NCBI RefSeq assembly: GCF_009914755.1
Contig: NC_060937.1
DNA length: 64,000 nucleotides
Origin: the human T2T-CHM13v2.0 reference genome, Homo sapiens
Direction: 5' to 3' (one strand)
Part shown: piece by piece, positions 42,085-57,010 of the stretch
Position numbering within the stretch: position 1 is the stretch's first letter
Layout: the number at the start of each line of letters is the position of its first letter
Position numbers and translations under genes: made by a program
Notes under the pieces: generated by a model
Told to the model about the DNA's origin: nothing
What the model saw: only the letters and a program-made list of their open reading frames with translations
The model's database searches: none

Positions 42085-42765
42085 GCAGTTTGGCAAGGAT
42101 ATGGAGAATTTGGAACCCTTGTGTACTGCTGGTGGGAATGTAAAATGGTACAAGCTACTATGGAAATACAGTTGGCAGTTCCTTAAAAAATTAAAGCTAG
42201 AACTACCATATGATCCAGCAATTCTACTTCGGGGTATGTACCCAAAAGAAGTGAAAGCAAGAGATAGTTGTACACCCATATTTATAGCAGCATTAGTCAT
42301 AGTAACCAAAAGGTGGAAGCAACCCAAGTCTTCACTAACAGATGAATGGATAAACAAGTGTGGACTGTACATAAAATGGAATATTATTTAGCCTTAAAGG
42401 AAGGAAATTCTGACGTATGCTACAACATGGATGAATCTTAAAAACATTATACTAAGTGAAAAAAATCCACTGGCAAAAGGGAAACTGCTGTATAATTCTT
42501 CTTTTATTAGATACCTCCACTAGTCAAAGTCATAAAGACAGAAAGTAGAATGGTGGTTATCAGGGGCTGGGAGGAGAAGGAACAGGGAATTATTTTTTAA
42601 TGAGTACAGAGTTTCAGTTTTGCAAGATGAAAAGAATTCTGTGGATGAGTAGTGGTGATGGTTTCATAACAATGTGAAAGTGTTTAATGCCACTGACTTG
42701 TATGCTTAAAAATCGTTAAAGTGGCAATTTTATGTTATGTGTATTTTACCACAATTAAAAATAAA
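42085..42765 (+). mobile_element. L1MB-like LINE 3' end
   Basis: ORF 42101..42391 resembles L1 ORF2 C-terminus ([22 protein letters not shown]); 3' UTR ends TTTTACCACAATTAAAAATAAA. Confidence 0.9.
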
Positions 42766-44050
42766 TGATGTTTTTTAAAAACCCAAAAAGGTTAAATGAT
42801 ATATCCAAGGTCACAGTATTGTAGTCTGGAGCTTTTAAAACTATCCCAGGCTATTCATAGTATGTTTTGAGGTAGCATAATAATAAAGGAAGGACTTAGC
42901 GCTTGGAACCCGTAGACCCTTATCTTGACAAGTCACGTGATATCTTAGCCCCTCAGTTCCCCTACACATCCAGTCCTGTCTTCTGGAACCAACTGACCAG
43001 TAAGGTTAACATGATAAAATTAAATATGTATGGGAAAAATATATATCCTAGATTAATCTGGGCCAAACTCATTATATGCTGGGGAATTAATGTGTTATTG
43101 AGATTTTTTTTAAAAACATTCCAGTAATGTAGCAAATGTGTAAGAGCCTTGTTGAACCCCAGCAATATGATTCCCCAGTTCAGTTAAAATGATCAACTGA
43201 ATATAAAAGTTTGCCTCAGCCACTGAGCAAATTTGTTTCACTTTTCTGTTACCTATATGATGATGATTATTTTATTTCATCGTCTTCCATGTGTGCTGAA
43301 ATGCCCTAGAAGTCCAATTCTTCTTGTCTTCCTCTCAGAGTAAAGTGAGGTGGGAAGAGAATCCCAAGTGCAATAGGGTATCTAGTCTCAAGAGGCAGCA
43401 CCACCCCCTGAAGCACAGCATCTTCAGTGACCTTTCCTGGCTTAGTAACTATGTGAATGTCTGTTATTCAGAGTTACCAGATTTCAACAACCAGAGAAAA
43501 AGGCACAAGCATTTCCTATTTCCATTCTCTAGAGATTTGCTTTGTTAGGAAAGCAAGACTCTTAGTTTCTGTCACATGGTGTATTAAGTTTTATTGTTGA
43601 AGAGGACGTTATCTTGAGACCAAGAATGCAAACAAGATTCTATATTAGTTCTAAATTGTAGATGGCCCAGTTTATCCAGTCTCATGTTTTAAAAATGAAC
43701 ACAGCTCAATGGCTTGCAAGTTGCTACTTACAGATAGTTTCTTCCCATTGTTTGAGAGCCTTATGTCACATTATTAACTAAAATAAATTCAAGATAGATT
43801 AAAAGAGTTACATGCAGAAGAGAAAACCATAAAAATAAAAAAGAAAATATAGGTGAGAAGCAAATCTTAGCTTGAGGAAAGCATAAAGTCATAAAAGCAA
43901 TGAAAAAAATTGCAAAAGGAAAATAGATACATTTAACTGCATTGATAAATGAAACTGCATACAAAATTTCTACATGTTAAAAATATGATAACATGTAAAC
44001 ACAAATTAGTCAAATATTCGCAACAAATGTGATAGACAAAGGCTAACATA

Positions 44051-44721
<671 letters not shown>

Positions 44722-45982
44722 ATATATAAATACATCTTTCAAATCAATTTAAAAACCTTACTATCTTAATAAAATAATGGCAAGAGACGTGATTAGAGGT
44801 ATGATTTTTCTTCACAAAGAAAAAATGTAAGTGGCTAACAAATGTGAAATGGGTCATTTTTAGTAATTAAAGAAATGCAAACTAATGTAAGATGAATAGG
44901 ATCAAGACAGTTTCTACTATTAAACTGGGTTTTTTGGTTGTTTTTATAAGGTAACCCTCAATTCTGGCCAAATTACAGGGAGTATAAGGTGATACAGCCT
45001 TTCTGGAAAGTTATTTAGTAACAGGTGCTAATAACTTCAAATATGTAAAAGTAATGTGTAAAAGTATCAGTAATTGCATTTATAGGAACCTGTCCTTAGA
45101 AAATAATTAGAAATGCCAGTACAGATTTGTATACCACAGTGTTCACTGCAAAATTATTTGTAGTAGTGAAAAATTGAAGATCACCCAAATGAACAACTAT
45201 AAGGAGTTATTTATATAAATTATGGTTCACCAATACTGACATTATTGCTGACATTAAAAATTAGGAGTTTGAAGAATATTAAAATGGAAATATTTATTAA
45301 AATGTGTTCAATGTAAATTTGGCACCTTGTATAATGTGTCATTGTATAAATTTGTAACAATGGTATAGCAGTGTTAAATATATGTGTATGCACTGAGAAA
45401 AGATTAAATGAAAATCAGCAATGTGTTAGAAACAGTTTTCTCTGGATGGCCAGATTACAAGTAATTTTAATTTTCTTTATACTTTTCTGCCTGTTCCAAA
45501 TTTTCCAGAATAGAAGTATGTTATTTTTGTAAATGGAAAGAAAGTTTTTAAAGAACTGCGTTGCTAACAAAACAGATTTATTATGAAGAACACTCTTCAA
45601 CTTTCTCCATAAACTTTCTCCTGACACTGTCATTCACTTCATAGTTAATGACTCCATTTTTCCTCCATATCTATCAAATTACCAACTTCTACTGTCTCTC
45701 TCTTCAATGTCTCCTAGACCTGGCCCTTTCTTTCCCCTCCTGCAGTCAGCCCAGTAGTTTGGCTTAGCTCCTCATTACTCTTGGCCTGTTTGGAAGACTT
45801 CTCTGACTCTCCATTGCTCTCAGTTTTGAATCCTGAACCCAGCCTGGGATGCATGATTCTCAGTAACATGCTTCTCACCTAGCTTTTCACATTAGTCCTC
45901 GGACTCCCTTACACACATCAGCCAGACCCTCACACCCCTGTGCTTTCACTTCCCTGTGATGTTCCTGCTACTAGCAGTGCAC

Positions 45983-46370
45983 TTCATTCATTCATTCATT
46001 CATTCATTCAACAGACATTTACTGAGCAAATTTCAGAGCACTAGGCACTCTGGGGTACAAAGATGAATTAAACAAAAGTCTCTGCCTCCAAGAGGCTCCA
46101 AGTCATGTTGAGGAGACAGACAAATAAACATTTGTGTGAAAAGTGTGAGTTATGTTATTAATGTGTTATCCACTGGTGAAACTGTGATTCGAACCCATGT
46201 CTGTCAGCCTCTAAAGCCATGTTGCTTCAGGGTAAGGAAAGAAAAGCAACTGCACTGGTCCGATATGGCTGGCACCTGGGTATCTGTTGAGGAGCAATGG
46301 GAGATGAGTCTGCAGAATGGTTGTGTGTGCCATGCTGAGGTATTAAAACTGAATCCTCTTGACAACTAGG
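45983..46370 (-). mobile_element. L2 fragment with (TTCA)7 terminus
   Basis: (TTCA)7 then ACAGACATTTACTGAGCA..CACTAGGCACTCTGGGGTACAAAGATGAA. Confidence 0.75.
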
Positions 46371-46374
46371 ATAG

Positions 46375-46545
46375 CAATAATTAATCGTTAATACTCCACA
46401 CCATGCTCTGCTCTAAGGGCTTTTGCACATGCTGGCTCAGCTAATCCTCACAATGACTTTATGAGGTAAAACAACTTCATCTTTTCATAGATCAAGAAAC
46501 CAAGGCACAGAAAGATTAAGTGATTGGCACAGTGTTGCATAGTAA
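46375..46545 (-). mobile_element. MIR SINE
   Basis: TAATCCTCACAATGAC..ATAGATCAAGAAACCAAGGCACAGAAAGATTAAGTGA. Confidence 0.65.
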
Positions 46546-47589
46546 TATCTTGTTTTATGTGTTTAATTGTCTTGTCTCTGCAAATAGATTGTAAAACATG
46601 AAAGGTTAGAGGCCATCATGGGCACTTTTGTATCCCTAGCAGGACTCTATTCATGACCTAAATACACATAATGCACACCCAGTAAATATGAATTGAATTG
46701 AATTAAAAGCCTTCAAGGTCTTCATGAAATACTCTTAATTGCTCTGATTATTATCCAGACCTATATTTTGGGGAGGGGAGGGGGAAGGTAGAGAAATGAA
46801 GAGACATCTTAATTTGACATCACATGTCCTTCAGAAACAAATGACATATCTGTGTTAACTGAACTCACAAGGTAACTTCCAAACTCACAGAATCACAGTC
46901 TCTTCAGGTTGATAGCCATCATAGCAGTCGCCTTGTTGAAACTCCCACTCGTTTGAAACTGTAACTTGACTGGAAGGCTCTAAGAACATGATTCTGGAAT
47001 GTGAGGGACTCTAGCTTTTTAAACTCACTTGTTCTAAGCCTGTAACTTTTTGGGGGGAAAGAGTGAGCCCTGCCGGTCAGATTCCAACATAATAGGGTCA
47101 CAGTGTGTAGGTTTAAAGGGGATGCTATGCAAATGAGCATTTATTTCCTGTTTGAGCCCAGAGATAAAATAGGAAGCGTAAAGTGCATATTAAATTTTGC
47201 ATTACGGGAATCGGCCGATTGAGCTGCACCGCCATAATAGGAATCTCACTAAAGACTTGCATGCCCGTGTGCACAAAGAGTGGAATATGTTAAGCCTTTT
47301 CTCTTCACCCCTCACCCCCTCTCCCTTGCTCACACATGCTCACACATGCGGGAGGAGCAAGCTGCCATGAGGTCATGTAAGGACACACAGCACTTCTCAT
47401 TCCAACCAGATCATTGCATTTGCTTTAACAGGGCAAGAGGGTGGAGAGGACAGATGAGAGAACAGCGACATCACATACCCTCTCATCCCATGGCTTTGTA
47501 GTAGCTTTGTCTGTCACAGCCCTGCCCTCATCTCACAAACCAAAATCATCCATGGCCTCTGGGGCTAGGCTTGACAAATGCCTCCTCTG

Positions 47590-47840
47590 TAATAACAGTA
47601 ATCGCAGCTAACGCTAATTGAGCATGCCTATCAGGTGCATGGGTCTGTGTCCTTTCAGGAGGTGGATACTTGTAACCCTTGAGTGATTCATTGTTCCAGG
47701 CTGCACTTACCAATTGCAGAAACTAAGGTTCAGAGAAGTTTAGTGAATTGCCTGAGGTCACAGAGCCAATAGATGGAGGAGCCCAGACTCAGGTCCAAGC
47801 TTCTTGCTCCAAAGCCCAGGCTTTTAGCTTTCGCACTACA
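47590..47840 (-). mobile_element. MIR SINE
   Basis: GAAACTAAGGTTCAGAGAAGTTTAGTGAATTGCCTGAGGTCACAGAGC. Confidence 0.65.
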
Positions 47841-50351
47841 TTTTCTTGGTTACAAAACCTCTGCCCTCAAAATTCTCCCTGCCTCCATCTCCAGCCAGAA
47901 ATCATTTGCTCTTGTTCCAAATTCTCACAGTGCTTTATCTATGTTTCTTTTATGGGGCTTACTGGTTTTAACATCTTATTGTTGTCATTTATATAAAGTA
48001 TTCACTTTTCCTGTTCGAGTGTGGGGCGGGGGATAGAGATAGAGTCAATTTCTTATTCTTTGGTGTATTTTCCACAGCACCATATGTAATGGTCCTTCAG
48101 ACAAGGAAAAGCCAGGATGTTTCTGATCAGATCTGCCCTGTCTGAGCACCTGTACCTCAATAGGAATTTGGGAATGCATAAAACTACCTGTAGAATTTAA
48201 CTCAGATTTCCTAAAGAAAAGTAAAGACCTAGCTGAGACAGACCGAATCATGTTTCCCCTAATAATAGGCAAATCACATATCATGGTCCACCTTACACTG
48301 ACTGTCTCTTCCTTCAAGTCCCCATCCCTTACTGTCCTAGTGTTCTTTAGTGTCCCAGTCTGCTCAGAACTCTTTTTGTTTATGGTTCACATTTGCTGAT
48401 CCTTTTCTGCAGGTCTCATTCGTTTTGTGGCAGAGTTGAAGCTTCCTTGCATCCTTTATGGCAGGCTTCTGAGATGCTTCCCTCTCACATTGCTTCAGAT
48501 TCAGACTTTAAAGAATCTAGTCGTCATTAGCTTGCTTTGAAGTTCTTGTATTGTATCAATTTATACACCACATGGATTTTAAAACATTCCGTGAGATGCC
48601 TGCTGCAGCTGTTTATTGCACCAAGAATACCCCCACCTCTCTCTCTCTCTCCTCCCTTTCTGTTTCTATTCTGTCTGTGACTCCCTCTTCCCTCTCTGTA
48701 AGGCTGCTTCTCTCTAATCTTGTTTCTTGGGCTCTGACAAATGAGAATGGATTTAAGTTCATATCCTGATCTAGTTTTTGGCAGAAGAGAGCTGTTTTGA
48801 GGATGAACTCAACTCTATAATTCCTCCCACATTCCACCCATAAACATTTTTCTGGATGTGTTGCTCAAGGTTTTTCTGTTTTTCTCTTTAATCATTTCAT
48901 AATCACTCAGTCTAAGCTGTATGGTGACAGTATTTTGTTCATAATTAATCATATATATTTGCTAATAAATGAATCAGTGGGGAAAACAGGAAGGAAAGAA
49001 ACTAGAGACTCCAGGTTCACTGGGACAAGCAGTGTACCCCTACTCTTCAAAGTACAACCCTAAACAGGCCATCCAGTCATAATACCACCACTTGGGACCC
49101 ATTCCTGATGAATTCAGTAAATCACAAAGGTGCTCATCTTTGTCTTGAAGTCAGTCTTGATGTTTGTGCTATTAATGGAGCACAATCTGCAGCTGGCCCA
49201 GATGTTGCTGACACCAGCCCTGCCTGCCTCTGTCAGCATAGCAAAGATTCTAGCAAATCTGTAATGTTGTCCATGCACCTTGGTGCAGAGAGTCACATAC
49301 TGCTCCCTAAAAGGAAAATGATATGGTTCCTTCTGTGTTGTATTTGCTGGAAAAGGCTGGAGACCAAGAAGTTCCCAAAGCCAGGCTGCCTTGGCCCCTT
49401 GAGTGATAACATTCTTGCTCCTGCGACCATGTCCTAAGGGAATTAAATGCCCTGACCGTCCCATGGAGATGAGGTTCTGGAAGAACCCCTCAACCCTGCT
49501 GGTCCTGGTGTTCCATTACTGCCAGGGCTGAAGACAGAGGTCCAGTCTTGCCACTTGTTGAAACTCAACAAGACTACAGAGAAGTGGCACAATACGGCCA
49601 CTTCAACTGCCAATGCCGCTTCACTGGCACTAGCACTGGACCAGGTCCTGCTGGTTCCCCCAGGCTGCAGTGGTTCCTCAAGGGCAAGAGCTCTGTCACA
49701 AGGGCACCAGTTGCCTGGCTATCTCATTTCACCTACACTGTCTGAGAGCATCATCCTGCTGCCCACCAGCATCTGCCTTGGAGCAGATTCTAGAATAAAG
49801 CACTTCATGGACCTAGACTAATACACCCTTGAAAGTCTAGCCGTTGGTATAGAGGCAGTTCCCTTGGTCCCATCTCCTCCTGCCTTCAGGGGGATTCTTC
49901 CCTTAGGCACCTCCGTCCTTTCTTCCATCTAGCCTCTGCCAAGGTATGTTAATAACTTTGAGAGGGAAGGGACTGGGATTCAGATCACTTTATTTCAAAA
50001 AGATCTCTCTGCTTCCAAGTAATCTAGTGGGTGCGACTAGAGGCATGGGAGAAAGACTCCACTCAACTCTTCCTAGGCCTGTGGAGCTCCAAATGTTGGC
50101 ACATATAAGGGAGGGAGTAAAGCCCCTCCGGTCATCTGCAGGGCTGAGCTCAGATCATGGGTCGACCCAGATGCATGGTCATGTAAGCCATCGTCTGTTT
50201 GCCTGTAAGTGAAGGGGGAAATCCTTGTCATTGAGTTCCACAAGTTTCTTCCAAGTACATTAACTTTTATTTCTATTCATCTCTTTTAGGAAATTATTAT
50301 TGATATAAATTGATTATAAGTAAATATTTGCAGGAAAAAAATATGCATATA

Positions 50352-50650
<299 letters not shown>

Positions 50651-50665
50651 TAAAATTTCCACATA

Positions 50666-50723
50666 CAGTTGGCCTTGTGTATCCTTGGGTTCTTCATCCG
50701 TGGATTCAACCAACTGTGGATTG

Positions 50724-50754
<31 letters not shown>

Positions 50755-51309
50755 TATTTGCTCTGTTCCCCAGGCTGGAGTGTAGTGGTGCGATCTTGGC
50801 TCACTGCAAGCTCTGCCTCCCGGGTTCATGCCATTCTCCTGCCTCAGCCTCCTGAGTAGCTGGGACTACAGGCGCCCACCACCACGCCCAGCTAATTTTT
50901 TGCATTTTTTAATAGAGACGGGGTTTCACCATGTTAGCCAGGATAGTCTCAATCTCCTGACCTCATGATCCACCCACCTCAGCCTCCCAAAGTGCTGGGA
51001 TTACAGGCATGAGCCACCATGCCCAGCCGAATGTCTATTTTTTTAATGGATTTTTTAATGTGTTTGTAGTAAACATGTTGAGACTTTTCTTTCTTGTCAT
51101 TATTCCCTAAACAGTATCACAACTATTTACATAGCATTTACATTGTATTAAATATACATAATCTAGAGATGAATTAAAGTGTACAGGAGGAAGTGCGTAG
51201 GTTATATGCAGATACTACACTATTTTATATCAGAGACTGGAGCATCTGTGGATTTTGGTATCTGCAGGGGTCCTGGAACCAATCCCTTTTGAATCCCAAG
51301 GGATGACTA
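50666..51309 (-). mobile_element. MER2 (Tigger-family MITE) interrupted by an AluY-like element
   Basis: TA|CAGTTGGCCTTGTGTATCC left end and GGGTCCTGGAACCAATCCC..GGGATGACTA|TA right end; internal ATAATCTAGAGATG..GGTTATATGCA. Confidence 0.85.
50757..51028 (-). mobile_element. AluY-like element lacking its normal tail
   Basis: GCAAGCTCTGCCTCCCGGGTTCATGCCATTC and GTTAGCCAGGAT (Y-type positions); preceded by A15(TA)n rather than poly-T. Confidence 0.9.
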
Positions 51310-51508
51310 TATATAAATTTTTGATGTATAAAATCTTCTTTTCCAAAGAATGAACAATGTCATAATCTAACTCTTAGCCTCTAGAGTTAATATAATAAAT
51401 AGAAACTTTAAGTGCTGCAAGCACTGATTTCCACATGGTAGACTGTGACCCACTGGTGGGGTATAATCATCATTTTTAATGACATAGAAAGAGAATGTAG
51501 TGGAACAA

Positions 51509-51836
<328 letters not shown>

Positions 51837-52479
51837 TTATTTCATGAAACTTTTCAGTTGTCTGTTTATATAAGTCTGTATTTATGTAAATCCATCCATG
51901 CACATACACAGGTCACCCATTTGCATGTATCCCGTAGGTCCTGGGGCCCTGTGTAGAAAGCAGGTCTCATCGTGGATCACAGTCAAGCAAACGTTGAAAG
52001 CTGCAGCTCAGGAGGCTCCTCACGCCCCTGCTATGCCATCTTTGTCACTACTTCCTTCAGCCACTTTGGATTCTGCTTCCCTTTCTCTAACTTCCAGATG
52101 CATCTTTCTTCCCTTAAAGCCAGTCATGCATTCCAGACTGGTAGTGCCATCTTTGAGCCCTTTGTTTTTTTCATTCTTGCAAGATGACTGAGGGGAAGAA
52201 CAGAAATAGCGATACACGGACATTAGATAAATGGCATTTTATCATTCCCACTTGAATATCATATTAAAAATAATTCCTGTTGCTATTTCAAGATGTTGCT
52301 CAATTTAACGTGGTATTTCTGCTGTTCAAAGTGCATGCCTGTAGCAGTGCATAATGCATGCTAGTGCTTTGGTACATCGCCCTGCCTGAGTGAGTTTTGC
52401 AGATAGTCGTCTGCCTACATATTCCTTGAGAACAGTCAACCTGGAGAGGCCTAAAAATGCTTAGGAATGTTGAAGAATG

Positions 52480-52482
<3 letters not shown>

Positions 52483-52512
<30 letters not shown>
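52483..52512 (+). repeat. T30 homopolymer
   Basis: 30 consecutive T with no adjacent Alu body. Confidence 0.97.
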
Positions 52513-52515
<3 letters not shown>

Positions 52516-53289
52516 ACTGAACTCCTTGTTCGGAGGTGCCAGTGAACAGACCATAAAATGTTTGTAAAATGAGGAAACAGTTAAATTTTCTACTAAGCAC
52601 CAGGCACTCAAGCATGTGACTCCACTTATGGCTGCTGATAGCATGCACAAATGAAAGGCTATGAGGCCTTCTCCTAGATGCCAAGCCTCCTGTCAGTGCC
52701 TAGCGCATTTGGAGAACATTGCTATCAGATACAGTAATTCATTTCCTTAAGACGGAACTCAGAGTTGAAAGGAGGTTAAATGAAAAGGAATGCAGCAGTG
52801 CCAGGTTTCCAGCCCTTTCCTATGTGCTTAAATATTAATAGACACTTGGCATATAAGCTTGTGTAGCTTTGTAATCCCTCAGGATAGTGGCAGGGCTTTG
52901 GGTTGGATATGCATTCTTAATTCCCCATTGGCTTGTCTTTGGTTACTCAGCATGTTTCTATGTCCTGAGACAATACTGTGACAAATGAGTGTAGTCTAAC
53001 AGGCAGAAGCAGGTGAAGATGAATTTCTTATGAACTACATTTCTTATTAAGTCTTCTGATCTACATAAAATATAAAAGGAAGATAATACCTTTCTAAGAC
53101 ACCTTCCATACCTTTGCTCGTGGAATTGAACAGAACTCTATTTAGCTGGGAAGTGAAGGAGATAGAGGCTTTGTGTTTTGAATGCATCAAAAGTATTGTT
53201 TGTCTGAAAGTAAAGATTGATACAAAAACATCCCCAAAGCAAATTAATGAAAGGGGATTATTTCCCAGGGGAAGGTGAGGCAGAAGGCT

Positions 53290-53450
53290 TGGATTCTGTG
53301 CTCTGTATCAGCCAGGTGACCTTAGCCTGGCCGCTAGCTCTATGAGGCACAATTTCCGCATCTATAAAGTGTCGTACAAAGCAGCTATGAGTATACCGTG
53401 AGATGCACACATGGAAAGGCTCTGGACCCTGAGCACCATGTCACTGTCTT
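53290..53450 (+). mobile_element. MIR SINE
   Basis: GGTGACCTTAGCC..CACAATTTCCGCATCTATAAAGTG. Confidence 0.55.
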
Positions 53451-53556
53451 ATTGTCTCATTAACAAAGTTATATAACCCATATAATTTAACATGGAAGGC
53501 CATTCTGCTCTTTCACTCTCTAACACATGGGTCTCTATGATTAATAGCACAGAAGA

Positions 53557-53914
<358 letters not shown>

Positions 53915-55111
53915 TCATTTGAGACTTCATAGTGCCTACTGCACAGGAACAGCCTGTAAATTAGCTTTTCTAATCTTAGGCACATATCAATTATTCACCA
54001 GCCCAGCTCCTCTTGTACTTTATCTTATAGAATTCACTGGCAATGTTGCACCATGTTTCTAAATCTTAATCTGAAACTGATACATTAATACTAGGTTTCA
54101 GTGGCCTTAGATAATTCTGCATGTCAGCCGATTCTGAAAATAATTTTTTTCTTTTTCCCTTACTTATGTGAAACTCTATATGAAGGTTAAGAAACAAACT
54201 GGTGGCTGTTATTTTCTACTTTTCAGTATCATTATGAGATCATACATCTGACATATCAGCCATTTAGCTTTTGAGAGAGAACATAGAAGCAAGAATTTCT
54301 GCTTAAATTTATTTTAAACACCATGTTGTTTGCAGTGTTTAATAAAATAGTATAAAAGTGTTCACTGTTCTTTTCAAATACGTGTAATTCAAAATTACAC
54401 ATATTATAATTATTTTCATTGCATAAGGAGAAAATTATATACAATATCAATATCTGTTGTTTCCATATGTAAAGCATAATTAATTATGTTGTCTATGCCT
54501 GTCAGAAAACATAATATGAACATAAGAAATTCATCCTATTTACGTGTATTTTTTAATTAAAAATTTTTTTAAATCATGGATACAAGCAAAAGAACCACTT
54601 AATGTCATTAATGGGCCCTCCTGGCAGGATAGATAATTGTCCTCACAACACCTGAGATAAACGATTTGCTGGTTCCTGGAGAGATCTAGATAGCTCAGAA
54701 AAGGAACAGAGACTGCAATTACAATATTAGTAGTATTAATGAGCATGTGTGTGTTATCCTTGGAGTGGTTGAGTGCCCCATGGTTCATGCTCAGCCTTCA
54801 GTATCTGCTGAATGACTTCTACTCTGTAGTCATGAAAATTAGATAGTGGATGATTTCTCATGAGAAAGATAACATTATTACAGAGATCTCAGAACAGTGC
54901 CATTTGACATGCTCTGTGTTTATCAGTGTGTCCAAAGATGGGCTCATGAGTGCTGCCCATCAGTGATATTGCTTCTGATTAGCCTAGGTGGGGGAGAGAG
55001 TAAGTGAACTATAGTAAGGGGCTTTCATAGCCTGTGTAACCAGGTGTTAGAGTTAGTAACATTTTAAAAAAAACTAATTAAGGTTTAAGTATATCAAGGA
55101 TCCAATGGAGA

Positions 55112-55402
55112 GGCCAGGCACAGTGGTTCACGCCTGTAATCTCAGCACTTTGGGAGGCTGAGGTGGGCAGATCACAAGGTCAGGAGTTCGAGACCAGTCT
55201 GGCCAACATGGTGAAACCCCGTCTCTACTAAAAATACACAAATTACCAGATGTGGTGGCACATGCCTGTAGTCCTAGCTACTCAGGAGGCTAAGGCAGGA
55301 GAATCGCTTGAACCCAGGAGGTGGAGGTTGCAGTGAGCTGAGATTGCACCACTTCACTCCAGCCTGGGCAATAGAGCGAGACTCCATCAAAAAAAAAAAA
55401 AA
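55112..55402 (+). mobile_element. Alu (AluS-type)
   Basis: Full dimer with A tail; degenerate TSD GATCCA(A/G)TG. Confidence 0.95.
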
Positions 55403-56794
55403 GATCCAGTGAAGGAAGTCAGCAGTATCATAAACAGTGTCATACTTGAACAACATGCAACATGGAACTTTTTGCCCACTTCTGGACATCTTCAGAATGG
55501 CAAATATATTCTAAAGGTGCATCTTCAGTTTCTTGTTAGGACATCACTGAGCATTTTTCACTCTGCCTTTGGTGAGATTATGTTGTATTAAATAAAATAT
55601 TCTGAAACATTCTAATTTTCATGAATAACTGGATGTTATTTTTGACAATATTTATCCAAATCTTTCTGCTTCTTCTGAAGAAGATTTTCATGGTAAGAAA
55701 TATTAGTTTGTTCAGTAAATTTTATACAGCATTTTTTAAGCTAAGCACTGTGTTAGGGCTGGGGATACTGGTCACAGGGTCTAGAAAAGTGCTTGTTACA
55801 TAGAAGATTATTGATATTTAGTGAATAATTGCATAAAAGATGGATCCTTGAGAAACTTGACAAATTCATAATCTAATAGCTGACTCAGGAGATAGGAGAA
55901 AAAGACATTTGAATTAAAAAAATCACAATGAAGCAGAAGTAAGGGCTAATAGATATCAAAAAGTACTGTAAGAGAGAGTAGCAAATGAAAATACCTCCAA
56001 AAGATATTAAAGTCAAGTGATAGATTTTATTGGCATTTACATTTACAAAAGTTTGCTTCAAGGGGTACTCAAAGTTATAGCAAATTATATTTGCAGGGAA
56101 AAAAAATAAAATGAGGTACATTCAGTATGATTTTTTTCCCAGAAACAACACTAGAATAGGAATTTGCATTTCTATGCAAAGTCTTAATTCCCAGTAGTTT
56201 TTCAAATAATGAACAAAAGCACCATGTTAAATCAGCCATTTAGCCACCATAAATTATAAACCTTTTTGTTGTGCAGATTAAGCTTCCTGCCATATCAAAT
56301 TACATTTAATATGACGTGGTATTACCCTCAGTTCTCACCTTTATCATCCTTGCTATATTTTACAACAACTACTCAAAAGGTCAAATAATTCATGGAGTGG
56401 TAGAATTGAGATTAAGTTGTGATAGGCATCTTTGAGAGAGTTTTTGTAAATACTTGGGTTCCTTGATGGCTTATTTGAGGAACTCACATAGAATATATTT
56501 TATTCTTTGCTTTCTTTCTCATTTTGAATTGTTCTGAAGCAGGTATACAGATTAGAAACCTAGTATTGATCTTTCAATATTGGAAGACAAATCCTTCTAT
56601 GGGCAACATCTCATCTATAACAGTGGTTTCACTTTGAATTCTAATAAAATTCAGTATAATTATATAAATCAGACCAGTATAAAGGACTGGTATAATTGCA
56701 TATTTAAATTTTACTATTTGTGCCTTATTTGCCACAGCATTGCTCCCTACTGTTAAGTTCTTTGGTTCCAAGTGCCTAGTATGATTAATTTAAA

Positions 56795-57010
56795 CAGGCC
56801 TGGGTTTGAGATGGGATCCATGTGTACCAGCTGTGTGAATTTGCACAATTTACCTAACCTCTTTTCAGAAGGAACCCCAATATTCCTACCTGTAAAATGA
56901 AAATAACAAGGTTTGTATGGGGACTGAAGGAACCAAGTGATCCTCATGATATTCATAGTACAGTGTCTTGCACATGTCGTGCGCTTAGTAAGTGTCAGTG
57001 ATAATAGAGC
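56795..57010 (+). mobile_element. MIR SINE
   Basis: CCTGGGTTTGA..CAGCTGTGTGAATTTGCACAATTTACCTAACCTCT..CCTGTAAAATGAAAATAA. Confidence 0.7.

Noticed and set aside
49482-49526. Minus-strand PGSNGTPGPAGLRGS collagen-like Gly-X-Y run
   Set aside because: Only about five triplets, the register is not maintained on either side and there are no clear splice sites; consistent with chance
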